From: Flavobacteriales bacterium
Lineage (GTDB): Bacteria > Bacteroidota > Bacteroidia > Flavobacteriales_D > Sanyastnellaceae
Direction: 5' to 3'
Assembly (NCBI GenBank): GCA_023264155.1
Contig: JALQTD010000001.1
Location: 3,335-67,334 of the forward strand
Length of the DNA stretch: 64,000 bases
Shown: positions 1-11,102 of the stretch, piece after piece
How the letters are laid out: every line of letters starts with the position of its first letter
Position numbering within the stretch: the stretch's first letter is position 1
The notes under the pieces: model-generated
The model's input: only the letters and a program-made list of their open reading frames with translations
What the model was told of the DNA's origin: nothing
Database searches by the model: none
Made by a program: the position numbers and the translations under genes

Positions 1-1
1 C

Positions 2-715
2 ACATGCGGCAGTTCCTGCACGGACCTCGCCGGCATCGACTTCGGTTTCTGTGACATGGTCATGGGGCCGGCTTGGGTGGGCGGTTCGTGCGTTGAACTG
101 AGCGGTTGCGGCTGGGTCGTCGATGGCGTGGACTACAGCGTGTACAGCTTCGCAAGCCTCGAGGACTGTGCAGCTTCCTGCGGCGCCAGCTGCATCGACC
201 CTTCGTTGGCTGACCCCTTGGTGGATTGCAACCCGTTCGAGCCGGAGCCCGTTTGCGGTTGCGACAGCCTGTCACACTTGAATCCCTGCACCGCCACCTA
301 CATGGACTGGGTGTCGTCCTACAACGCGGGGCCGTGTGCAGGAGACTGCTTCGACGCATCCCGGGTGGTGCCGGGCATGCAATGCCCGGAGACCGATGAG
401 CCGGTGTGCGGTTGCGACGGACTCACGTATGCGAATCCGTGTGAAGCGTGGTACAGCGGTGGCCTGGCCACTTGGTCCGCGGGGCCGTGCGATCCCATCG
501 CGGTAACCGAGTTCGCGGACCACGCGTGGAAGGCGGTTGTCGCCGACGGCCAATTGCAGCTCGTGAACTGGCCCGTCGGAGCGACATGGCGCGTGTTCAA
601 CAGCTCCGGGCAACTCGTCGCAACGGGCACCGAAGACCGACCTGCCATCGATGTGTCCAGCGGGTGGGTCATTGTGGTCGGCCCGGCTGGGGCGCAGCGG
701 GTGTTGGTGCCCTGA
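2..715 (+). CDS. Secreted Cys-rich protein with two Kazal-type inhibitor-like repeats and a T9SS-type C-terminal sorting domain; the 5' end lies outside the window
   Basis: The frame is open from base 2, with no stop before the ATG at 56. Two repeats (nt ~227-337 and 383-489) read C..(E)PVCGCD(S/G)L(S/T)(H/Y).NPC....Y...GPC, matching the Kazal core PVCGxDGxTYxNxC. The last ~75 aa resemble a Bacteroidota T9SS beta-sandwich CTD. Confidence 0.6.
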   Translation, partial: TCGSSCTDLAGIDFGFCDMVMGPAWVGGSCVELSGCGWVVDGVDYSVYSFASLEDCAASCGASCIDPSLADPLVDCNPFEPEPVCGCDSLSHLNPCTATYMDWVSSYNAGPCAGDCFDASRVVPGMQCPETDEPVCGCDGLTYANPCEAWYSGGLATWSAGPCDPIAVTEFADHAWKAVVADGQLQLVNWPVGATWRVFNSSGQLVATGTEDRPAIDVSSGWVIVVGPAGAQRVLVP

Positions 716-1532
716 GTGCTGCCGGAGGAAACACCAGCACCGCCGCCACGGCGCACGTAACCGGTGCAAAGATGGGGGCCACGAACCACGATACGACCGG
801 CAGCATCATCCACAACTGAAACGGAATGCCTACGCCGAGCACGCGGCCGCGCAGCCCCCAACTGGCGCGCAGCCCTTTGCGCGCTCCCATGCCTTGGCGC
901 TCCCAGATGAAGTCGAAGGTGGACGCCCCGTAGAACCACGCACCGACGAGGAAGGACAGAACGGCAAAGGCCGGCGACAGCACGACCACGAGGGGCCCCG
1001 CGAACAGGCTGACCAGCAACGACGCGGCGAACAAGGCGACTCCGAACGCGAGTTCGACGAAGAACAGCAGCACGGCTGATCGCAATCCGCGCAGGAATTC
1101 ACGGAGCATGAGCCGGAATCCCACCGCCCGCACCTCGCCCGTGAGGTGGGCCTCGGTGCGTTCCGAAATCCAGGCCATGACCGGGCCGAGGAAGGCGAGC
1201 ACCACGTATTTGGTCAGCTTCACTTTGAGCCAAAACAACGCCACCCACGCCACCGCTTGCACCGCCACTTCGCCCGCAGCTGCGGCTAGCCATTTGGCCT
1301 GCTCCCACCACGATGCCTCCGACGGCCAAGCCACCTCGGATCCCACCCATTGCCGGTACGCGGCGCCCAATTCATCGACCAGCCACCCGATTCCCCACGC
1401 CCCTGCGACCACGAAGGCCGCGGTCATCGCCGCCGCGAAGAGGTAGACCCGCCGCAGCCCCATCTCGCGGATGGTGCGGAAACTTTTCCCGTATGCGCGC
1501 AGCCCCGCCCCAAACGACTTGAAACTTTCCAT
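669..1532 (-). CDS. Polytopic membrane protein, EI24/CysZ-like
   Basis: 287-aa ORF with several hydrophobic helices. The N-terminus MESFKSFGAGLRAYGKSF resembles EI24-domain proteins of Flavobacteriia; this family call is from memory. The 3' end overlaps the convergent gene by 47 nt. Confidence 0.55.
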   Translation of the reverse strand: MESFKSFGAGLRAYGKSFRTIREMGLRRVYLFAAAMTAAFVVAGAWGIGWLVDELGAAYRQWVGSEVAWPSEASWWEQAKWLAAAAGEVAVQAVAWVALFWLKVKLTKYVVLAFLGPVMAWISERTEAHLTGEVRAVGFRLMLREFLRGLRSAVLLFFVELAFGVALFAASLLVSLFAGPLVVVLSPAFAVLSFLVGAWFYGASTFDFIWERQGMGARKGLRASWGLRGRVLGVGIPFQLWMMLPVVSWFVAPIFAPVTCAVAAVLVFPPAALRAPTPAAPQPGRPQ

Positions 1533-1599
1533 GGTGCAATGTGCGTAACCTGCGACGAAAATCCCACAGGCGCACCGAAATTGGAGGGAATTTCAGGGC

Positions 1600-2949
1600 A
1601 TGCGGATTCATTTCATTGCCATCGGCGGGAGCGCGATGCACAACCTGGCCTTGGCCCTGCATGACGCGGGGCACGCCGTGACCGGATCGGACGACCAAAT
1701 CCTCGAGCCGTCGCGGTCACGGCTTGCAGCCGCCGGGTTGCTGCCCGAGGAAACGGGGTGGTTCCCGGAGCGGATCACCCCGGACATCGATGCCATCGTG
1801 CTCGGCATGCACGCGCGGACGGACAACCCGGAATTGGCGGCCGCCCAGGCGATGGGCGTTTCTGTGCAGAGCTACCCGGAATTCTTGTACCACGCGACCG
1901 CTGGCAAGCAGCGGGTGGTCGTGGGCGGCAGCCACGGGAAGACGACGGTGACCTCGATGGTGCTGCATGTCCTGCACCGGCTCGGGCGGGACACGGACTA
2001 CATGGTGGGAGCGCAATTGGAGGGGTTTGATCGGATGGTGGGGCTTTCGGCGGATCGGGATTTGGCCATTTTCGAAGGCGATGAATACTTGAGTTCACCG
2101 ATCGATCGGCGCCCCAAGTTTTTCTGGTACAAGCCGCATGTGACGCTCCTGACAGGCATTGCGTGGGACCACATCAACGTCTTTCCGACGGAGGCGGATT
2201 ACATCGCGCAGTTCGCCCATTATTTGACGACGCTCGCGCCGCAGGCCACCGTGGTGTATTGCACTGAAGATGAGCGGCTTGCAGCCCTCGTTGAGCAGGC
2301 CGATGGCATCGTGCCGTTGGCTTACCAAACCCCGGCCTGGCGCGCGGTGGAGGGCGGGACCGAGCTCTCCTTTCCGGATGGTTCCCGGTGCATCACCGGC
2401 TTGGTGGGCACGCACAATTTCCAAAACCTGGCCGGATCGCGGGCGTTGTGCCAAGTGCTCGGCGTGAACGGTGCCGATTTCGATCGCGCCATCGCGGACT
2501 TTTCCGGAGCGGCGCGGCGGTTGGAGGCCATCGAGGAAACGGAGGACGCCGTGGTATACCGGGATTTTGCCCACGCGCCATCGAAGGTACGGGCGACCAC
2601 AGACGGGGTGCGGGCGAGCTTCCCGAACCGGCGGCTGCTGGCGTGCTTCGAACTCCACACCTTTTCCTCGTTGAACCGGGATTTCCTGCCCACGTACGCG
2701 GGGGCCTTGGACGCCGCCGATGAAGCCGTGGTCTATTTCGACCCGGACGTTTTGGCGCACAAGCGGTTACCGGAATTGGATCCCGAAACCGTGCGGGCGT
2801 GCTTTGGGCGGGAAGACGTGCGCGTCATCACGGACCGGGCGGCGCTTGAGGCGCTCTGGGCCACGTGGCAATCGGGGCCGCGCGCGGTGTTGTTGATGAG
2901 CTCTGGGTGGTTCAGCGGTGCGGTTTGGCCTGGAAACCAACCGAGTTAA
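1600..2949 (+). CDS. mpl: Mur-ligase family enzyme, Mpl-like (UDP-MurNAc:tripeptide ligase, peptidoglycan recycling)
   Basis: 449 aa. MRIHFIAIGGSAMHNLALAL..VTGSD, the GGSHGKTT P-loop, EGDEY and AARRLE blocks align with E. coli Mpl/MurC-type ligases. Confidence 0.8.
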   Translation: MRIHFIAIGGSAMHNLALALHDAGHAVTGSDDQILEPSRSRLAAAGLLPEETGWFPERITPDIDAIVLGMHARTDNPELAAAQAMGVSVQSYPEFLYHATAGKQRVVVGGSHGKTTVTSMVLHVLHRLGRDTDYMVGAQLEGFDRMVGLSADRDLAIFEGDEYLSSPIDRRPKFFWYKPHVTLLTGIAWDHINVFPTEADYIAQFAHYLTTLAPQATVVYCTEDERLAALVEQADGIVPLAYQTPAWRAVEGGTELSFPDGSRCITGLVGTHNFQNLAGSRALCQVLGVNGADFDRAIADFSGAARRLEAIEETEDAVVYRDFAHAPSKVRATTDGVRASFPNRRLLACFELHTFSSLNRDFLPTYAGALDAADEAVVYFDPDVLAHKRLPELDPETVRACFGREDVRVITDRAALEALWATWQSGPRAVLLMSSGWFSGAVWPGNQPS

Positions 2950-3767
2950 GCCAACCCCACGTCCAGGGCCATCATGACGATGAACCCGCCGATGAAGCCC
3001 AACGTCGCCAAATCCGTGTACTTGTCGCGCTGCGTCTCTGGAATCACCTCTTCCACCACCACGTAAATCATGGCCCCGGCCGCGAAGGCGAGCGCATAGG
3101 GCAAAATGGCCTGGACCTGCATGACCGCAAAGGCCCCCAGGGCCCCGGCCACGGGCTCAACGATGGCTGAAAGCTGGCCAAACCACGCCGCCCGCCACTT
3201 CGAAAGCCCTTCCCGCCGCAGCGGCATGCTCACGGCGAAGCCCTCGGGAAAATTCTGCAGACCGATGCCGATGGCGAGGGCCACTGCGGCGCCCACACTC
3301 GCTCCCGGCAGCCCGGCAGCCGCCCCGCCAAACATGACGCCCACCGCCAGCCCTTCCGGGATGTTGTGGAGCGTGATCGCGAGGACGAGCAGCGTGGAGC
3401 GGTGCCATTTCGTCGCAGGGCCCTCCGCTTCATCCTTGCTGAAATTGATGTGCAAATGCGGCGTCATTTTGTCCAAAAAGAAGATGAACAGCGCGCCCAG
3501 CGCGAATCCCACTGCCGACGGCACCACACGAGCGAACCCCGCTCCTTCCGACATTTCAATCGCAGGCGAAAGCAGCGACCAAAAGCTCGCCGCCACCATC
3601 ACGCCGCCCGTGAACCCCAGCATCCCATCGAGCCACTTGCGGTGCAACGTCCCGAAGAACAAAACGAGCGACGCGCCCGCCGCCGTCAGCAACCACGTTC
3701 CTGTGGTCGCTGTCAAAGCCGCCCAAACCGGCCCGACTTCATCAAACCATGCAATCAGTTGTTCCAT
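2946..3767 (-). CDS. ZIP-family divalent metal transporter (ZupT-like)
   Basis: Hydrophobic protein with ZIP signatures HNIPEGLAVG and LQNFPEGFAV. Start placed at the ATG (3767-3765) that overlaps the upstream TGA (TGATG), not at the longer ORF start 3815. Confidence 0.85.
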   Translation of the reverse strand: MEQLIAWFDEVGPVWAALTATTGTWLLTAAGASLVLFFGTLHRKWLDGMLGFTGGVMVAASFWSLLSPAIEMSEGAGFARVVPSAVGFALGALFIFFLDKMTPHLHINFSKDEAEGPATKWHRSTLLVLAITLHNIPEGLAVGVMFGGAAAGLPGASVGAAVALAIGIGLQNFPEGFAVSMPLRREGLSKWRAAWFGQLSAIVEPVAGALGAFAVMQVQAILPYALAFAAGAMIYVVVEEVIPETQRDKYTDLATLGFIGGFIVMMALDVGLA

Positions 3768-4432
3768 CACCCGTTGATTTCCACGTATAAATTCCGCAAC
3801 ACCGCCGCCGTCCACAACCCCTTGCCTGCAATGGTCGCACTGCCGTCAAATCCATGCCACTCGCTCACCTCAAAGGCCGTCCCGAGCCCGATTCCCAGCG
3901 CATCCAAGTGCCGCAAAAACCCGTCGCTGCTGTCAACCACGCCCTTCACAACCGCCGATTGCCCGGGCAAAAGGGCGTCAGCCGTGATGAGCCGACGCGG
4001 ATCCACCACCGTGCCATCCGAGCGCGGAATGGGGTCGCCATGCGGATCAAACGCCGGGTGCCCGAGGAAGGCATCGAGCCGGTTCATCAGTTCCGCATGC
4101 TCCACGTGCTCCAGCTGCTCTGCCAAATCGTGCACTTCGTCCCAACCGAATCCCAACCGGTCCACGAGAAACACCTCCCACAGCCGGTGCCGGCGAATGA
4201 CATCCACGGCGATGCCGCGTCCGGCGGCAGTCAGCGACACCCCGCGGTAGGCGGTGTGGTCGACCCATCCCCCTTCGGCGAGTTGTTTCAGCATGCCTGA
4301 TACCGAGGCGGGCTTCGCTTGCACCCGCTCAGACAGGGCATTCGTCGAAACTGGCCCTTGCCCCTCGTCTTCTAAAACGTAAATCGCTTTGAGGTAATCC
4401 TCTCGGCTCGCGCTGGGTTGCACCGTAATCAT
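3767..4432 (-). CDS. DtxR/MntR-family metal-dependent transcriptional regulator with C-terminal FeoA/SH3-like domain
   Basis: 221 aa. Winged-helix N-terminus (EDYLKAIYVLE, SVSGMLKQL), a DtxR dimerisation/metal region (RRHRLWEVFLV, LEHVEHAEL) and a C-terminal SH3-like domain. Confidence 0.85.
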   Translation of the reverse strand: MITVQPSASREDYLKAIYVLEDEGQGPVSTNALSERVQAKPASVSGMLKQLAEGGWVDHTAYRGVSLTAAGRGIAVDVIRRHRLWEVFLVDRLGFGWDEVHDLAEQLEHVEHAELMNRLDAFLGHPAFDPHGDPIPRSDGTVVDPRRLITADALLPGQSAVVKGVVDSSDGFLRHLDALGIGLGTAFEVSEWHGFDGSATIAGKGLWTAAVLRNLYVEING

Positions 4433-4436
4433 GTGG

Positions 4437-4444
4437 CAAAGTTA
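4437..4444 (-). promoter_or_regulatory. -7 box TAACTTTG, 4 nt before the ATG of the mntR-like gene
   Basis: The minus strand reads TAACTTTG-CCAC-ATG, a perfect TAnnTTTG. Confidence 0.6.
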
Positions 4445-4450
4445 ATTCAT

Positions 4451-4470
4451 TTTTTAGGCAGGACTAAAAA
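4451..4470. promoter_or_regulatory. Inverted repeat TTTTTAG-N6-CTAAAAA, candidate DtxR/MntR operator
   Basis: Perfect 7-bp arms, 19-38 bp upstream of the mntR-like ATG, where a -33 element would lie. Contains a TTAGG half-site like DtxR-family operators. Confidence 0.45.
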
Positions 4471-4504
4471 TAAATTTTCATGATGAACCAAATCAGCGTC
4501 AAGC

Positions 4505-4512
4505 TACCTTTA
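4505..4512 (+). promoter_or_regulatory. -7-like box TACCTTTA, 4 nt before the sixA-like ATG
   Basis: TACCTTTA-CCTC-ATG; the last base deviates from consensus. Confidence 0.45.
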
Positions 4513-4516
4513 CCTC

Positions 4517-5008
4517 ATGAAAACCTTGTTCATCTTGCGGCACGGCAAAGCCGAACGCCCCCACTCCGGCCTCGCCGATTTCGACCGGGCATTGTCCCCG
4601 CGCGGACACCGCGACGCCGCACGCGCTGGAGAGGTGCTGAAGGAGCGACTCCTCCCGGACTCGCCTGGCGCCGTCTCCGCTGCTCGCCGGACGCGGGAGA
4701 CCGCCGCAGCCGTTGCAGCGGCATGGGGTTGGCGCTTTCCAAATCCGCTACGCGAGGGGTACCTCGCCCCCGCACGGTTTTGGCTGCAAACGGTCAATGG
4801 GTGGGGAAGCGACCGGCCGACCGGACTCATCGTCGGCCACAACCCCGGGGTCAGCGATTTGGTCCATTACCTGACGGGCGCGGACGCATCGCTTCCCACA
4901 GCCGGCCTAGCCGAGGTGCAGTTCCCGGTCTCGAGTTGGGCTGAAATCAGTGGCGGATGTGGGGAATTGGTTTCGGTTTGGACCCCGTCCACTACCTTCG
5001 GCGCATGA
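4517..5008 (+). CDS. sixA: Histidine-phosphatase superfamily protein, SixA-like phosphohistidine phosphatase
   Basis: 163 aa. Carries the catalytic RHG motif (LFILRHGKAE) and a GHNPG motif, and is SixA-sized. Confidence 0.65.
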   Translation: MKTLFILRHGKAERPHSGLADFDRALSPRGHRDAARAGEVLKERLLPDSPGAVSAARRTRETAAAVAAAWGWRFPNPLREGYLAPARFWLQTVNGWGSDRPTGLIVGHNPGVSDLVHYLTGADASLPTAGLAEVQFPVSSWAEISGGCGELVSVWTPSTTFGA

Positions 5009-6105
5009 ACGAAAAGGGGACTTCCTTGCGGCGGTGGGTGCTCGGAGTGGCCGGTGTAGCGTTAGGCGCCTATGCGTTGTGGACGTTTCGCGCCCTCGTG
5101 GCGTACTTGTTGGCAGCGGTGGCGCTGAGCTTCGTCGGCCGGCCGCTCGTGTTGGGCATGCAGCGCTTGCACGTGGCCGGTCGCCGGCTTCCGAATGGCC
5201 TCATTTCCGCCTTGGTCCTCCTGCTCTTTGCGGCGGGTGCGGGCGCGTTCATCATGTTGTTCGCGCCCTTGGTGGCTGCGCAGGCGGAAGCCATCAAGGA
5301 CTTGGATGTGGGCCAAATGCAGCAGCTCTTCGCCCGGCTGTCCCACTGGCTGGACCACGATCTGGCCGCCTTCGACCTGAGCGGCGACGGGCAGTCGAAC
5401 AGCGCCTTCTTGATCGGCCGGGTGCAGGATTTGGTCCAAGTCAATGGCGTCGGGAGCCTCTTCGGTGGCCTCATCGCCGGCATCGGAAACGGGCTGATTG
5501 CCGCGTTCTCCATCACCTTCATGACCTTCTTCTTCCTGAAGGACGGCGCCCTTTTCCGCAACATGGTCATGGCGTTGACGCCCGACAACAAGGAAGGCCA
5601 AATCTCGGCCATCCTCAACCGCACAGCCCGCCTCCTCACCCGCTATTTCGGCGGCCTCATCGTACAGGTGCTCATCATCACGACCACCGTCTCCGTTGGA
5701 CTCGCCCTCATCGGTGTGCAGCACGCCTTCCTCATCGGGCTGCTTGCCGGCATCTTCAACCTCGTCCCGTACATCGGTCCGATTTTCGGCACCGCCCTCG
5801 GCCTGCTGCTCGTAGCCGGTACGTTCTCGGGCGAAATCCAGGCACTACCCGGCGTGCTCGGCTGGTCCGTACTGGTCTACGCCATCGCCCAAGCGGTCGA
5901 CAACTTTTTCACCCAGCCCTTCATCTTCTCCAACCGGGTGAACGCCCATCCGTTGGAAGTGTTCCTGGTGATTTCCATCGCGGGCACGTGGGCCGGTCCT
6001 GCGGGCATGGTCCTCGCCATTCCCGCGTACACTTTGTTCCGCATTGTGGCCAAAGAATGGCTCGGACATTTGAAGGTCATCGACCGGTTGACCAAGAGTT
6101 TGTAA
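5005..6105 (+). CDS. AI-2E family transporter (PerM/UPF0118)
   Basis: Multi-TM protein. The C-terminal block AVDNFFTQPFIFSNRVNAHPLEVFLVI...GPAGMVLAIP is typical of AI-2E transporters. Start set at ATG 5005 (ATGA overlap with the sixA stop); the longer ORF start 4957 overlaps sixA. Confidence 0.85.
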   Translation: MNEKGTSLRRWVLGVAGVALGAYALWTFRALVAYLLAAVALSFVGRPLVLGMQRLHVAGRRLPNGLISALVLLLFAAGAGAFIMLFAPLVAAQAEAIKDLDVGQMQQLFARLSHWLDHDLAAFDLSGDGQSNSAFLIGRVQDLVQVNGVGSLFGGLIAGIGNGLIAAFSITFMTFFFLKDGALFRNMVMALTPDNKEGQISAILNRTARLLTRYFGGLIVQVLIITTTVSVGLALIGVQHAFLIGLLAGIFNLVPYIGPIFGTALGLLLVAGTFSGEIQALPGVLGWSVLVYAIAQAVDNFFTQPFIFSNRVNAHPLEVFLVISIAGTWAGPAGMVLAIPAYTLFRIVAKEWLGHLKVIDRLTKSL

Positions 6106-6144
6106 CAATTCTCAAACAAATCATCCGGCGGCGTGGGCCTTTGA

Positions 6145-9025
<2,881 letters not shown>

Positions 9026-9029
<4 letters not shown>

Positions 9030-10063
9030 CGGGTCAGCGATTTGGAGCGTTCAGGGGGATTGCCCCGCAAGAGGAGGAACCGGCCGACGCCCTCCCAATA
9101 GCCCCAGCCGTAGGCCAAATGGATGATGCCGTATGCCCGGACGATGCCCGCCACTTCCCGCACGCTGTCGGCCACGGCCAAGGCCGAGACCACTGCTCCG
9201 ATGAACCAAGCACCGACCGCCGTGAAGAGAACGGAGGCGCTGAAGCCGCTCCAGACGGGCGGGGTTTGGCCTGCCCAGTCCACGAACGTCAAGCAGGACA
9301 GCACGAGGAGCACCGCCAGGAACACGGCGGGAACCACCTGGCGCCAAGTCGTCACCGTGCGGTGCTTGCGGTTGACGAACACCTTCCAATACCCGTATTG
9401 CCGGTACTGCCGGAACAATTTCCCATAGGACGAACGGACGTGGTAACTGCTGCGGATGCGGGGATCGAACCAGATGCGCCAGCCTGCTTCGTGCAGCCGG
9501 AAATTGAGCTCATCGTCCTGGTTGCGGACCAAATGCTCGTCGAACAAGCCGATTTCGAGCAGGGCCGCCTTGCGGTAGGCCCCGAACGCCACCGTGTCCA
9601 CATGACCGGCCGTGCCGCCGGTTCGGAAGCGGGCGTCTCCGACCCCGAAGGGCGTGCTCAAGGCGGCGCCGATGCGCCGTGAAATGGCCGAGCCGTGTAC
9701 CTGTTCCACCACGCCCCCGACGCAGGCCGACTCCGGGTGGGCCCGCATGGCCTCGGCATTCCGGCGGATGAAGTCCGGAGCGCATTGGGCGTGGGCGCCC
9801 AGGATGATGACCATCTCCCCTTGCGCCGCTTGGATGCCACGGTTCAGCGCTTGGGGCGTAAACCGATCGGGGTTGTCAATCCACCGAAAGCGCGCGTCGG
9901 ATTGGGCCCAACGCTCGAGGACCTCGCGGGTGCCATCGGTGCTGCCGCCGTCTGCCACCACGACCTCCCACGGCTCCTCACAGGGAACTTGATCGCGGAT
10001 GGATTGCAAGGTCGATTCGATGTACTCGACCTCGTTCAGGCAGGGGATGACGACCGATATCAT
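9026..10063 (-). CDS. Family 2 glycosyltransferase with C-terminal TM helices
   Basis: MISVVIPCLNE ... VVADGGSTDGT ... GT-A motifs. ATG 10063 chosen because a TACCTTTG box lies 6 nt upstream; the track start 10072 is a TTG. Confidence 0.85.
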
Positions 10064-10069
10064 GGGCGG

Positions 10070-10077
10070 CAAAGGTA
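10070..10077 (-). promoter_or_regulatory. -7 box TACCTTTG, 6 nt before the GT2 ATG 10063
   Basis: The minus strand reads TGA-G-TACCTTTG-CCGCCC-ATG. The box starts 1 nt after the stop of the upstream gene. Confidence 0.55.
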
Positions 10078-10078
10078 C

Positions 10079-11062
10079 TCACTCCTGGGGCTCCCCACCG
10101 ACGAGCCGCTTCAACTGGTGGCGGTGGTGCACGATGTGGTCGCCGAGGAAGGAGGCCGTCATGGTCAAACCGAGGCGGCCAGCGAACGGATGGCGGAATA
10201 CCTCGGCATCCCACCACGCGAGGGGAAGGGCGGCCACCAGCGCCCGGCCATCGGCTTGAGCGCTGCGCCAACGGGCGATGACGGCCGCGATTTCTGCGCG
10301 GGTTGCGGCCGGTTGGGGCGCGGGAAGTCCTTCCGGCATGGGGAAGCGGGCGGTGCTCCGCAAGGCGGCGCTGAGTTGGACGGCCCGCGTGGTGGTGTCC
10401 GGGGTGATGCGCGGGAGTTCGGCGACCGGGGTTTGGCCTTTCTTCGCCAAATACGCCCACGTGGCCCCCTCGGCTTCCGCCAAATGGTGGGTGATCGCGC
10501 CCGCATGCCAACTCGCCCCACCGCCCAGCACGCACGCATCCGGCAGCGCAGCCACCTCGGCCTCCCAAGCGTCGACCGCAGGCGGCAAAGCCGCAAACGC
10601 CTCCCATGCCCCGTGCGGCAGTCCCTCCCGGAACATCTGCACGTGCGGCAAACCATCCTCGAGGTAAGGTTCCGAGCTGGGCACGAAACCCAAGGATCGG
10701 TAGAACGCTTCCAAGTAGGTTTGGGCCGAAATGCGCACCCCAGCGGTGGGCCATCGGTCGCAAGCCGCTGCCAAGGCGTGTCCCATCAATTGGCGGCCGA
10801 GCCCGGTCAGCCGAGCGCTTTCCTTCACCACCACCCGGCCGATGGACGGCTCGGCGTAGCTCACCCCAGGCGGCAGCACCCGAGCGGTGGCTACGCACTC
10901 CCCTGCATCCCATGCCGACACGTGCAGCGCCACTTCGTCCTTGCCGTCGAGGTCCTGGTAGGCGCAATCTTGTTCCACGACGAACACCTCGGCCCGCAAT
11001 TGCAACAGGGCGTAAAGCCCGTCGCGCCCGATTTCATTCCACGCTTCGATTTTCCATAGCAT
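10079..11062 (-). CDS. Fusion protein: ElaA-type GNAT N-acetyltransferase + DinB/YfiT-like C-terminal domain
   Basis: The N-terminal ~150 aa carry LLQLRAEVFVVEQDCAYQDLDGKD and RVVVKESARLTGLGRQLM (GNAT, ElaA-like). The C-terminal ~170 aa is a His-rich helical region ending GDHIVHHRHQLKRL (DinB-like). The frame is uninterrupted. ATG 11062 has a -7 box 4 nt upstream. Confidence 0.75.
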   Translation of the reverse strand: MLWKIEAWNEIGRDGLYALLQLRAEVFVVEQDCAYQDLDGKDEVALHVSAWDAGECVATARVLPPGVSYAEPSIGRVVVKESARLTGLGRQLMGHALAAACDRWPTAGVRISAQTYLEAFYRSLGFVPSSEPYLEDGLPHVQMFREGLPHGAWEAFAALPPAVDAWEAEVAALPDACVLGGGASWHAGAITHHLAEAEGATWAYLAKKGQTPVAELPRITPDTTTRAVQLSAALRSTARFPMPEGLPAPQPAATRAEIAAVIARWRSAQADGRALVAALPLAWWDAEVFRHPFAGRLGLTMTASFLGDHIVHHRHQLKRLVGGEPQE

Positions 11063-11066
11063 GGGC

Positions 11067-11074
11067 CGAAGGTA
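11067..11074 (-). promoter_or_regulatory. -7-like box TACCTTCG, 4 nt before the GNAT-DinB ATG
   Basis: TACCTTCG-GCCC-ATG. Confidence 0.5.
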
Positions 11075-11090
11075 GCAAAGCCGCCGGTCG

Positions 11091-11098
11091 TAAATTCG
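11091..11098 (+). promoter_or_regulatory. -7-like box TAAATTCG, 4 nt before the ABC-F ATG
   Basis: TAAATTCG-GGGC-ATG. It lies only 16 bp from the divergent box at 11067-11074. Confidence 0.5.
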
Positions 11099-11102
11099 GG
11101 GC

